Below are positions 49,191-57,854 of a stretch of 64,000 nt of DNA, piece by piece. The notes below the pieces were generated by a model. The model saw nothing but the letters and a program-made list of their open reading frames with translations. It searched no databases and was not told the DNA's origin. Positions within the stretch are counted from its first letter, which is position 1. Each line of letters begins with the position of its first letter. The stretch covers positions 3,109 to 67,108 of the forward strand of contig JAUPTZ010000013.1 in the NCBI GenBank assembly GCA_030917815.1, given 5' to 3'. This stretch comes from Candidatus Babelota bacterium (GTDB lineage Bacteria > Babelota > Babeliae > Babelales > JAUPTZ01). The position numbers and the translations under genes are program-made.

Positions 49191-49232
49191 TCCTGCGCCA
49201 CTAAAGCTCCGATAAAAAAGCGCAGGAGGACT
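49191..49232 (+). repeat. Short repeat-family hairpin directly after the tRNA-Ser(TGA) CCA
   Basis: tcctgcgc-cactaaagctccgataaaaaa-gcgcagga-ggac. The arms are the same as the hairpin at 48843-48905. Confidence 0.75.
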
Positions 49233-49354
49233 TCACTCTCTGTTCGCCAAAACCAAGATGAAACAATTCAATAAATCATATAAGCTATGTTTTGTAACAA
49301 TGAGTAATCGCAAAGGTCTACCTAAGCGATTGCTTACCAATCCTGGAGAACGAC

Positions 49355-50281
49355 ATGAAGCTTAATCGCGAACAACGTTCAACACTTTTTATTATATGTA
49401 TTTTCCTCGGTGGTACCGCACTCAACCTCTGTGCAAGCGATGAGCTTTGGCATAGAAATTTTAGCGCCGAAGGATTACTCACAGCGGCTGCGAGAAGAAA
49501 ATCAACTGCCATCGCTATCAAAGCGCCCCTCCCTCCTGTTGTCGACTGCTGCCCTTTAGGAACGGTGCAGGTATGCGACGCTGCCAGAATCAATGCCCTG
49601 ATAGCTGAGCGCTACGCCATGTCCAGCCGCACATTTGGCAAGAAATATGGGACATACAGAGCCAAAATATTCATCGGCGAAAAAGTAAGCCGTTCGTTTT
49701 TTGAAGGCACAAAGCGCTATCTCAGTTTTGATTCTTTTGTAAAGCAAGTGCTCGGGGTCTGTGGCCCCACCTGCTCACCGGAACAGCGCTTTAGTCCATT
49801 ACGCACCATCATAAACAATAATGGCATAGATACCGTGTATCTCCCAATCGTAGTCGACGCTTCAGGTAAAACGAGCCTAGACACAACCGCTCATTGCATC
49901 CTTGTCGAGACAAAATTTGATAGCACGCTGCAACGGATGCCAGCATCAACCAAAGAATTATGCGACGGATTATTCAACCAATCAATCAAAAAAATCCTCA
50001 GCTCTGTCATAGAAAAGTTAAACAGGGCAATACGTAGTGACAGCAGTGCAGAACAAACCGATTGCGCACAACATGCCATCGGACAATTTACGCTTTTTGC
50101 GCAAGCACTCGCCTGCGCTAACGTACTCCACGCAGCCACCGTTGTTGATACCAACGGTGCGGTGCATCTTTACCTGCTCACCAACCACGGACAAGCACCA
50201 CTTAAGGATAGCTCGGTCGATGCAGTAACAGCTGAACTATGCGGCCGCCTACCGGGACTTGGTCTATCATCTAAGAAATAA
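49355..50281 (+). CDS. Secreted protein, LYLP/HLYLL family member S1
   Basis: Signal-like STLFIICIFLGGTALNLCA. Motifs TVYLPIVVD and NGAVHLYLLTNHG are shared with S2 and S3. Confidence 0.7.
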   Translation: MKLNREQRSTLFIICIFLGGTALNLCASDELWHRNFSAEGLLTAAARRKSTAIAIKAPLPPVVDCCPLGTVQVCDAARINALIAERYAMSSRTFGKKYGTYRAKIFIGEKVSRSFFEGTKRYLSFDSFVKQVLGVCGPTCSPEQRFSPLRTIINNNGIDTVYLPIVVDASGKTSLDTTAHCILVETKFDSTLQRMPASTKELCDGLFNQSIKKILSSVIEKLNRAIRSDSSAEQTDCAQHAIGQFTLFAQALACANVLHAATVVDTNGAVHLYLLTNHGQAPLKDSSVDAVTAELCGRLPGLGLSSKK

Positions 50282-50309
50282 CTTATCTTTAATCACTTGG
50301 GGGGGCCTA

Positions 50310-51161
50310 ATGACTACAAAACTATCATTAATAGTACTGTGTACGTTATCGATATCGACACCTATTCTGTACGGTGCAGATATCGCACCAGTCGCGCTGG
50401 AAATGGACTTTGTATTTAGCAGGCCATACTACACTACTGACAAGGTACAGTCGGCAATTGCAGCTAGAGTTAGCAAGCATCATATTTCTCCCGAAACGGC
50501 CCAAAAAGCGATAGCTCTTGATGCCAAAGGCAACCTACTAAACACCGTGAGTGATTACTGCAGTTTTGAGGAATTCATACGCATCCTCACCGAGAAAGAC
50601 CCGCGCCATTTATTCAAAAAAACATCTGATAAAAGAGGCATTATCCACAATCTATACCTACCATTTAGTCTAAAAATAACACCAGCCCTTATCGTACCCG
50701 ATGCTGACGACTTCTCTCAGGTAATCCTTGCGCCAGCCGAAAAAGAGATAGAAATAAACATCGACCTAAAGCCTCTGATAACTGAATCTTTTTATGCAAG
50801 CGATGAAGAAATTCCTGAAGAACCACTGCCCCCAGTACAAAGACTAAAACCAGTTATAGATTTTATAGACAAACTCTGTGAGCACTATCACGCCAAAAAT
50901 GCTCAGTATTTTAGCGATCTTTACGACAACAGAGAAAATCGAGGCTCCTACCAACAAGTGTCAGCTCGATCACACATCATCGTCGAACTTGAATGTCTTC
51001 GTAGAATGCTCATCTCAAAAGAATTTTTGCACCTTATTGTCACTCTTGACTTCAAAGGGCAGGTAACCGTTCATGCGATACATGAAGCGGACACAGACTG
51101 TGCAACGCGTGAACTGGCCTGTGAGGAAGCTGCAGCGCTCTTTGGGCTAGATGCAGAGTAA
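50310..51161 (+). CDS. Secreted protein, LYLP/HLYLL family member S2
   Basis: The likely start is MTTKLSLIVLCTLSISTPILYGA at 50310, after a G-run RBS (ttggggggg). Motifs NLYLPFSLK and KGQVTVHAIHEAD. Confidence 0.7.
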   Translation: MTTKLSLIVLCTLSISTPILYGADIAPVALEMDFVFSRPYYTTDKVQSAIAARVSKHHISPETAQKAIALDAKGNLLNTVSDYCSFEEFIRILTEKDPRHLFKKTSDKRGIIHNLYLPFSLKITPALIVPDADDFSQVILAPAEKEIEINIDLKPLITESFYASDEEIPEEPLPPVQRLKPVIDFIDKLCEHYHAKNAQYFSDLYDNRENRGSYQQVSARSHIIVELECLRRMLISKEFLHLIVTLDFKGQVTVHAIHEADTDCATRELACEEAAALFGLDAE

Positions 51162-51254
51162 AAACAGTACGTGCAACATTTTTCTTCCCCAGCCAATAAC
51201 TCAATAAGTACACTACGTACACATCATTGGTTGTAATCATCTGGGGGGAACGTT

Positions 51255-52058
51255 ATGAATCAAAACTATACATCGCTGCTGCAGCTTGTGCTTGTCATTG
51301 CTGCAGTGCTCGCGCCAAGTTGCATGCAAGGCGCTGAAGATGCACCCCACGCAGAAAAAATGTTTCACAACGCATTCGTCACCCAAACAACGCTAGAGAA
51401 ACGGCATATCGGCTCCCACCCTCTCTTTGAAAATCGTGCCGCCATCATCAAGGCCATAGAGACTGAACTCAAGTATCAACATCGTGCACCAGAAGATTGC
51501 ACCGAAGGAATTGTCGAGGCCGCGATAAAAAGTGTAATGCAACGAGCAATAAGGGTAGCATTAGAAAAATCGAGTAATTACCTGAACATTGCAACGTTTT
51601 TGTATTTAAAAACAAAGGGGATCGCATTCAATCTCATCACCACTGAGGCACTCAGCAACCTCTACCTTCCCATCTCATGTGACCAAGGTGAGCTAAAAAT
51701 CGATCTAACACGACGATTCCTTATTGCAGAGACAGCCTGTCATCCAATTATCCAACGACCGGTAAAACTAACGGGAGTCGTCGGTGATGAAATGCAAGAG
51801 ATGCGTAATCTAATCATGTACCTCGATGGTGCGGTACAAACCCTAAAAAAAACCGCGCTCACACCAGTAGAAAGTAAAGAGGCAATCACCGTAGCCACAC
51901 ACTACGACAATAAAATACACAACATAGAGACTGCCACCTATGAATTGCTCGCGTTCTACAATGCACGATTAAGCCTGAGACATCTTATACGAGTAGCAAC
52001 CATTCTAGACGAAAGTGGCGTACTCCATCTCTACCTTCTCCATGAAACAGCCGATTAA
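51255..52058 (+). CDS. Secreted protein, LYLP/HLYLL family member S3
   Basis: Signal LLQLVLVIAAVLAPSCMQGA and a G-run RBS (ctgggggga). Motifs NLYLPISCD and SGVLHLYLLHETAD. Confidence 0.7.
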   Translation: MNQNYTSLLQLVLVIAAVLAPSCMQGAEDAPHAEKMFHNAFVTQTTLEKRHIGSHPLFENRAAIIKAIETELKYQHRAPEDCTEGIVEAAIKSVMQRAIRVALEKSSNYLNIATFLYLKTKGIAFNLITTEALSNLYLPISCDQGELKIDLTRRFLIAETACHPIIQRPVKLTGVVGDEMQEMRNLIMYLDGAVQTLKKTALTPVESKEAITVATHYDNKIHNIETATYELLAFYNARLSLRHLIRVATILDESGVLHLYLLHETAD

Positions 52059-52105
52059 GCAACAATAAAAGCGGCATGTACCGAACTTACTGAAAGATTA
52101 GCAGT

Positions 52106-52540
52106 ATGAAAACCTACCTTGCAGTTATTGAATGTGTCATAGAATATAACCACAAATTTCTCATCATTAGACGCCCAAACAACTCGCAGCAAGCGGCCGG
52201 ACTCCTTTCATTACCAGGCGGAACAGTTGAAGCACTGGATGAAGCTCATCGGTACGATATGCTTCGCAACGCGGTAAAGCGAGAAATCTTTGAAGAGCTT
52301 GGCTTTCATCTCGAAGATCCGATTGATTACGTCCTAACCAGCTATTTTGTGGATAACAAAGGCCGGCATGTCATCGATTCTATTTTTCATCACAAGCTCA
52401 CCAGCATGCCAATCATTATCCCTTCACCAATCGAAGTACCGGCGTACTATTGGATGACTATTGAAGAAATTAATAATGCACCACATGCGCCGGAATGGCT
52501 TAAGAAATATATCGGAGCGGCTCACCCGCGTTTAGTTTGA
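52106..52540 (+). CDS. NUDIX hydrolase
   Basis: The Nudix box GGTVEALDEAHRYDMLRNAVKREIFEELG fits GX5EX7REUXEEXGU. Confidence 0.85.
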   Translation: MKTYLAVIECVIEYNHKFLIIRRPNNSQQAAGLLSLPGGTVEALDEAHRYDMLRNAVKREIFEELGFHLEDPIDYVLTSYFVDNKGRHVIDSIFHHKLTSMPIIIPSPIEVPAYYWMTIEEINNAPHAPEWLKKYIGAAHPRLV

Positions 52541-53740
52541 TTTCTCAGCTAAATCACTCAAAAGCCATCGGCGCACTAAGAGCATACTCACACAAATCGC
52601 CAAGAAATAGAGTGGCATAACATACGGCGTCCCATTATGAAGAAGCCCTATGCCAAACGTCATAAGCGCTGCGATGAGGTAATAAATAAAGCCCAGAACG
52701 CTTGAGGCGGTTCCACTACACCAGCGATAATCGGCTAAAGCAACCGACAACGCACTGCTATTAACCAGGCATCGACCGGCCATTGAAACCATATGTGTTG
52801 CTAAAGTAACGCCAATGAGTGCCAACGAAGAAATCGGCGTGAAGTAGGTACTCACGGCCACACACGAAAAGATACCGGTTGAGGCAATCATCATCCAGAC
52901 ACCACCGTTCAAAACCTGGTCAACCTCATAGCGATCATGCAAATAACTCGCAAGTCGTCCGCCCGCTATCATAGCAATTGCAATAAAGATAAAGCTCATT
53001 CCATACCAGCTTGGAGAAAGCCCGAGAAGCTCAATTAAGTAAAAAGAACCTTCGGAGAAATAGCTGAACATAATGCCACCTACCGACCCAATGCACCAGG
53101 CATAGGCCATGACTCGCTTGTCTCTCAACAAGCGCCATAAAATGTCCACCAACGAAAAAGAACGACGATCATCATGATGAAGTGTTTCAGGCAACTGGAC
53201 CGCCGAAATACCGATCACTACTGCAGCAACCACCGTGAGCAGCAAAAATACATAGGACCAGCCCCATTGCTCCGCAATGAATCCCCCGACCATTGGCCCC
53301 ACCGCCGGTGGAACCCCTAATGCGCTCGACATAGCTGCATAGACCCGGCTCAGCGCCTTGCCATGAAACACATCGCGGCACATCGCCTGACCAATAACAC
53401 TTCCGGCACTTCCGCCAAAAGCCTGCACAAAACGACTCGCTAGCAGCAAATAAATAGAAGAGGAAAAATAGCACCCAACACACCCTATAAGATAGATGGA
53501 AATGCCAACGAGCATACTCGGCTTACGCCCCCAAAAATCCGAAATCTTCCCCCAAAAAAGCATGCCCAATGAAAAAGCAAAGAGATAAATAGTCAGCGTA
53601 TATTCGACCATCGAAACCGAGGTATTCAACGCATGCGCAATATCGGGCAATGAAGGTGAATACACCGTTTCTGAAAATTGAGGAAGCCCTACCAGAGTAA
53701 AAAGTAGCCACAGCGCCGGCTGAGCAGCAGAAGATTGCAT
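52532..53740 (-). CDS. MFS transporter (Bcr/CflA-like drug:H+ antiporter type)
   Basis: 12-TM pattern and the loop motif GKISDFWGRKP (MFS motif A). The likely start is MQSSAAQPALW at 53740 with AGGA 8 nt upstream. Confidence 0.8.
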   Translation of the reverse strand: MQSSAAQPALWLLFTLVGLPQFSETVYSPSLPDIAHALNTSVSMVEYTLTIYLFAFSLGMLFWGKISDFWGRKPSMLVGISIYLIGCVGCYFSSSIYLLLASRFVQAFGGSAGSVIGQAMCRDVFHGKALSRVYAAMSSALGVPPAVGPMVGGFIAEQWGWSYVFLLLTVVAAVVIGISAVQLPETLHHDDRRSFSLVDILWRLLRDKRVMAYAWCIGSVGGIMFSYFSEGSFYLIELLGLSPSWYGMSFIFIAIAMIAGGRLASYLHDRYEVDQVLNGGVWMMIASTGIFSCVAVSTYFTPISSLALIGVTLATHMVSMAGRCLVNSSALSVALADYRWCSGTASSVLGFIYYLIAALMTFGIGLLHNGTPYVMPLYFLAICVSMLLVRRWLLSDLAEKSN

Positions 53741-53828
53741 AACAAAAATCCTAAAATATAAAAAATTAAAGCGGTCCCTTTTATACTCTAAAAAAGAATA
53801 AAACGGTAGTGCAAGTGTGTATGAATAG

Positions 53829-53876
53829 AAAATATCCTGGTGCCGTCCCCCAAACACAGAGGCACCAGGATATTTT
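53829..53876 (-). terminator. Long perfect hairpin terminator after the 434-aa MerR gene
   Basis: aaaatatcctggtgcc-16 nt-ggcaccaggatatttt (16-bp stem), followed on the minus strand by TTTTCTATT. Confidence 0.65.
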
Positions 53877-53881
53877 AGGCT

Positions 53882-55186
53882 TTAAGCGGTTGCTTTTGGT
53901 CTATAGAAAAAAACATAGGCCGCTCGTATCCAGTCATTAACTGCCGAAGAGTTAGACCCACCCATCAGAGGCCCCTCAATCATCGGCACGAGCACCCCGG
54001 TACGCGTATGCACCGTATCGAGCGCCTCTTGTATTATAGCCTGGCGCTTTTTGCGCTCTTCATCAAGCTCAACCCCAAAACCCCCTGCTATAGCTGAAAA
54101 AACAATGCGATGGTGACGTGAGTTATGCATAAGACCGGCTAAATTCTCGATTTGCCTATGTATCTTAAGAAGCAGCTGCTGGCCCGCATCACCGGTAGGA
54201 TCTGTATCAAGATGCTGCACGATACTCTGCTGACACGCAGAGAGCTCTTGTAGTGCATCGACAAAAGCGGCATCAGATGCAATAGCGGTATAATGCTCAA
54301 TCCATTCAGCGAGTTGATTATCCCCAGAAGGCAGCGAATTCTCCGGCAACGCTGCGTAGGCAACCTGTGCTTTTTGCATCCACGCAGACATTTCAGGAGT
54401 TGGCGTTACGGGTACTATCGAAAATTTACTACCCACCAGAGCAGAAACAGGCTCATGAACCGCCGCCGCCAACTCCAAAAACGTCTTATTCATCTCTTGC
54501 GCCTTACGGGCCAATCCGGTAAATATGGCCGTAATCTCACTACGCTCAGCTTCTGTCTTCTTGTTCATATAGGTAGATAAATACTGAGTATTCGCATTCG
54601 CCTTCACTACCCAGTCCATAGCAAACTGACCGGTCGGATCTTGCGCAAGATTATCTTGCAACTCAGATAATGCCGCATAATGATCCCTCATATAGGCCGC
54701 ATACTCCTTATCTTTATAGAGAACGGTAAAGTACTCTATAAGCTGTTTCAATTCCTCATCATTAAGAATTTGGGCTACTTGTGTGTCTTTAAATGCATCT
54801 ATCATGGAATAGACCTCAGTTATATCGATTATCGTTTGCCAATCAACCGACTTCTGCTCCTCGCATTTAACAATGGCAACATCCAATGCCTCACTTGCGC
54901 TCAACATCGCCTGTGCTTTTTTGCGCAGCAAGGTTGCTTGAACACGTAAATGAGCCACGGTAGAGATCTCTTTTCCTAAAATTTCTTTGATCTGAACAAG
55001 TTCAAATCCTAAAAACTTTAACGCCAAGATCTGCTGCAACCGTTGTAAGTCGGCCTCAGAGTACAAGCGATAGCCATTATCCAATCGTATACTCGGCTTG
55101 AGTAAATTAATCTCATCATAATGATGCAGCGTGCGCACCGAAATGCGCATTAATTTACTCAGCTTTCGTACTAACCATTGTGCCAT
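53882..55186 (-). CDS. TipA/Mta-like MerR-family regulator with duplicated C-terminal effector domain
   Basis: The HTH SVRTLHHYDEINLLKPSIRLDNGYRLYSEADLQRLQQILALKFLGF is typical of the TipAL/Mta subgroup. The C-terminal half contains two related segments (LQDNLAQDPTGQFAMDW and VQHLDTDPTGDAGQQLL). Confidence 0.8.
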   Translation of the reverse strand: MAQWLVRKLSKLMRISVRTLHHYDEINLLKPSIRLDNGYRLYSEADLQRLQQILALKFLGFELVQIKEILGKEISTVAHLRVQATLLRKKAQAMLSASEALDVAIVKCEEQKSVDWQTIIDITEVYSMIDAFKDTQVAQILNDEELKQLIEYFTVLYKDKEYAAYMRDHYAALSELQDNLAQDPTGQFAMDWVVKANANTQYLSTYMNKKTEAERSEITAIFTGLARKAQEMNKTFLELAAAVHEPVSALVGSKFSIVPVTPTPEMSAWMQKAQVAYAALPENSLPSGDNQLAEWIEHYTAIASDAAFVDALQELSACQQSIVQHLDTDPTGDAGQQLLLKIHRQIENLAGLMHNSRHHRIVFSAIAGGFGVELDEERKKRQAIIQEALDTVHTRTGVLVPMIEGPLMGGSNSSAVNDWIRAAYVFFYRPKATA

Positions 55187-55207
55187 CGTTCGTCCTCCTC
55201 AATAACC

Positions 55208-55238
55208 AGTATCCGGTATCACGTTACGTGAGAGTCAA
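55208..55238 (-). promoter_or_regulatory. MerR-type promoter/operator (19-bp spacer with dyad) of the 434-aa regulator gene
   Basis: Reverse strand reads TTGACT-ctcacgtaacgtgataccg(19)-GATACT. The spacer contains the dyad TCACG-taa-CGTGA. Confidence 0.6.
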
Positions 55239-55241
55239 GTA

Positions 55242-56084
55242 CTATTTTGCCGCTTCATAAGCTGCCAGTATCCAGTGCATCATTTCAACGGTCATGTCGG
55301 GTCCCAGCTGAACCTTCACGCCAGAGCGCTGCACCGCAAGCCGTATTGCTTTTGATATAAGCTCTACAATGTCCTGTTGCTGCTGCTTGCTCCGCTTTGC
55401 AAAACCGGCGTAAAGCAATGTACCGATAACCTCTTGTGCCTTTTCTCTATGCACTGAGGGTATGCTACCCATGAGAGTACCATACGCCCGCCAACGCATG
55501 CCCCACTCTTTGCCAATTGAGCTGTGAGGATCAACCCCATCGGCCATAAGCACTTTAAGCTCTTCAAGAAGCACCCGCTCCTCATGCATAAGGTCCAAGA
55601 ATTTTCGATCTCTGCTCAGGGCCGCATAATATTCAACCAAATCCCTTAGCTGAGATTCACTCAAAAAGTTCTCATACAGCTCTTTACGCAATGCATCTGC
55701 CATAGAATATACCTCGGTTATATGGACTACTATTTTCCAATCGACCGATTCCCGTTTCTCACAGCGAGCGATCGCACTCTCAAGCGCTTCACGAGCATGC
55801 AATAAAGCCTCTGCTTTTTGTAGCAAAAGATCTGATTGAAGTTGTAAATGGGCAAGCGATGATGATTCGGCCGCTAAAACTTTCTTAATTTGATCTAACC
55901 CAAATCCTAAAAACTTTAAGGCCAAAATCTGCTGTAGTCGTTGTAAATCGATCTCAGAGTAGAGGCGATAGCCATTATCCAGGCGTAAACTTGGCTTGAG
56001 TAAACCAATGCGATCATAATGATGCAATGTCCGCACCGAAATGCGCATAAGCTTACTCAGCTTGTGTATCAACCATTGGGCCAT
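55242..56084 (-). CDS. TipA/Mta-like MerR-family regulator (280 aa)
   Basis: The N-terminal 115 aa are about 75 percent identical to the neighbouring regulator. A single C-terminal effector-type domain carries LMADGVDPHSSIGKEWGMRW. Confidence 0.8.
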   Translation of the reverse strand: MAQWLIHKLSKLMRISVRTLHHYDRIGLLKPSLRLDNGYRLYSEIDLQRLQQILALKFLGFGLDQIKKVLAAESSSLAHLQLQSDLLLQKAEALLHAREALESAIARCEKRESVDWKIVVHITEVYSMADALRKELYENFLSESQLRDLVEYYAALSRDRKFLDLMHEERVLLEELKVLMADGVDPHSSIGKEWGMRWRAYGTLMGSIPSVHREKAQEVIGTLLYAGFAKRSKQQQQDIVELISKAIRLAVQRSGVKVQLGPDMTVEMMHWILAAYEAAK

Positions 56085-56103
56085 TGCCTACCTCCGTATT
56101 AAC

Positions 56104-56134
56104 CAGTCTCCAGTATGACGCTGCGACAGAGTCA
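56104..56134 (-). promoter_or_regulatory. MerR-type promoter (19-bp spacer, degenerate dyad) of the 280-aa regulator gene
   Basis: Reverse strand reads TTGACT-ctgtcgcagcgtcatactg(19)-GAGACT, with the imperfect dyad TGTCG-cag-CGTCA. The flanks are the same as at 55208-55238. Confidence 0.5.
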
Positions 56135-56659
56135 AGGGGCATAGAAAGATTTCGATACAAATCCATCAAGAAATACCATCATGGTCTGCTCATCGTGGAA
56201 TGCCCCGTTCGTAAACGATGACCGAGGCGTATGACCAATCTTAACAAACCCCTTTTTGGTATAGCAGGCAATAGCAGCCTCATTATCACATCGCACCCCA
56301 AGCTGTATCTGTAACAGCCCCATACTCTTTGCATGGAGCATAACCGCATCAAGCAAGCGGCCACCTATCCCCTGGCAACGATAAGTAGGCGAGACATAGA
56401 CGCTAAAAATAGTCCCTCGATGATAATATTTTTGCTGCTGGTGAGGCATTAACGCAATTATGCCACCCACACAACCGTCAACAAAGGCGGCAAAAATACT
56501 TTCCCTTTCAAAGACATGTCGCCACTCTGCTTCGGTCCGATCTTTCTCTTCTTCATACGTAGAGCCAAATCCATCAGGCGAAATAGCAAGCGCTTCAAGC
56601 CTAATAGTTCTCAGCACCGACCAATCGACCGGTAGCAGTTGACGTACCATAATAGCCAT
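56132..56659 (-). CDS. GNAT-family N-acetyltransferase
   Basis: Acetyl-CoA binding motif RCQGIGGRLLDAVMLHAKSMG (Q/RxxGxG/A) in a typical roughly 170-aa GNAT layout. Confidence 0.8.
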   Translation of the reverse strand: MAIMVRQLLPVDWSVLRTIRLEALAISPDGFGSTYEEEKDRTEAEWRHVFERESIFAAFVDGCVGGIIALMPHQQQKYYHRGTIFSVYVSPTYRCQGIGGRLLDAVMLHAKSMGLLQIQLGVRCDNEAAIACYTKKGFVKIGHTPRSSFTNGAFHDEQTMMVFLDGFVSKSFYAP

Positions 56660-56806
56660 AGATAATCCTTATGCTGTAATGCGCAAAAACTGCGGCCACA
56701 TTACCGTCTTTTTTGAACTCACACAAGAGTTCGTGGTTGCATCGTTCACAAAACATGCTAGGCTCGTAGTATCTTTTCTTTAGTCGTCACACTCCAGAGG
56801 TAAAGT

Positions 56807-57163
56807 ATGAGCGAACCACACAAAACGACACAAATCGTCCTCATTTATACAACGGTGTCATCGCGTGAACAAGCCGAGACGATTGCGCGTGCCGTAGTTA
56901 CTGAGCACTTAGCGGCATGTGTGAATATCATGCCCGGAGTTACTTCGTTTTGCTCGTGGAACAATGCGGTAGCAAAGGAAGAGGAATACCTCATCATACT
57001 TAAAACCGGCATTGCACAAAAAACAGCCCTCCTCTCGTGGCTTGACACGCATCACCCCTATACCGTACCGGTACTTTTGAGTGGCTCGGTTGAGGTGAAT
57101 GAAAAATTTGCTCATTTCGTACAATCAGCACTGCACACCAGAAAGGACTTGAATGCCCGATAA
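56807..57163 (+). CDS. cutA: Divalent-cation tolerance protein CutA
   Basis: LAACVNIMPGVTSFCSWNN...EEEYLIILKT...HPYTVP matches the CutA1 family pattern. Confidence 0.8.
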   Translation: MSEPHKTTQIVLIYTTVSSREQAETIARAVVTEHLAACVNIMPGVTSFCSWNNAVAKEEEYLIILKTGIAQKTALLSWLDTHHPYTVPVLLSGSVEVNEKFAHFVQSALHTRKDLNAR

Positions 57164-57710
57164 CGTCATAGTCACCGAACGAATCGTGCTCCGCCACTGG
57201 CGTGAAAGCGACTTTGAGGCATTTTTTGCCATGAATACCGATCCACGGGTCATGGAATTTCTTGGCGAACCGCATACACGAGAAAAATCTAAAGCCGCTT
57301 TTCAACGCATGCAAGATCATATACAAGCACATGGCTTTGGCTTTTGGGCCGTCGGCCTGGTTGATAAACCAGAGAGTTTTATCGGCTTTGTTGGCACCGG
57401 TCATATCGGTTTTGAAGCTCACTTCACCCCGGCCGTTGAAATTGGCTGGCGACTGCTGCCGCAATACTGGGGGCATGGCTATGCAACCGAAGCGGCAAAA
57501 GCGGCTCTCGACTACACCTTTAGCAAAGGGATTGCTGAGGTCGTGGGCTGCACCATCCCGGCAAACGTACGTTCGCAGAATGTTATGCATAAAATTGGTA
57601 TGGAGCGAGATTTCGCCGGCGACTTTAACCATCCCCGCGTTGAGGTCGGCCATCGGCTTGCACCCCATTGGCTGTATCGCATCAAAAATACAGGCATTCT
57701 TCCGCGCTAA
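57153..57710 (+). CDS. GNAT-family N-acetyltransferase (RimJ/RimL-like)
   Basis: TERIVLRHWRESDFEAFFAMNTDPRVMEFLG and QYWGHGYATEAAKAALDY motifs. Overlaps cutA by 11 nt. Confidence 0.8.
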   Translation: MPDNVIVTERIVLRHWRESDFEAFFAMNTDPRVMEFLGEPHTREKSKAAFQRMQDHIQAHGFGFWAVGLVDKPESFIGFVGTGHIGFEAHFTPAVEIGWRLLPQYWGHGYATEAAKAALDYTFSKGIAEVVGCTIPANVRSQNVMHKIGMERDFAGDFNHPRVEVGHRLAPHWLYRIKNTGILPR

Positions 57711-57854
57711 TTAGCCTTTGATCACCCAGAACGGTTGCGCCTTAACCCACAAGCATGTTACACTAATAGAATATAGTCGAACACGGCCAGCTCTATTCAA
57801 GACAATAAATGCAGATAAGGCTTTTGCGCGGCGAGTTCAAGGGGGGTAAAGAGA

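Noticed and set aside
48400-49355. A classical tRNA-integrated genomic island or prophage
   Set aside because: There is no integrase, excisionase, transposase or phage gene, and no visible duplicate of a tRNA 3-prime segment. It is kept only as a weaker accessory-region hypothesis.
53741-53828. MerR-type operator upstream of the MFS pump
   Set aside because: TTGCAC-18/19 nt-TAGAGT can be drawn, but the spacer lacks the TCACG-n3-CGTGA dyad seen upstream of the regulator genes. I do not call it.
57000-57668. 222-aa minus-strand ORF
   Set aside because: It is entirely antisense to cutA and the RimJ-like GNAT gene, both of which have clear family motifs. It has no motif or RBS of its own.
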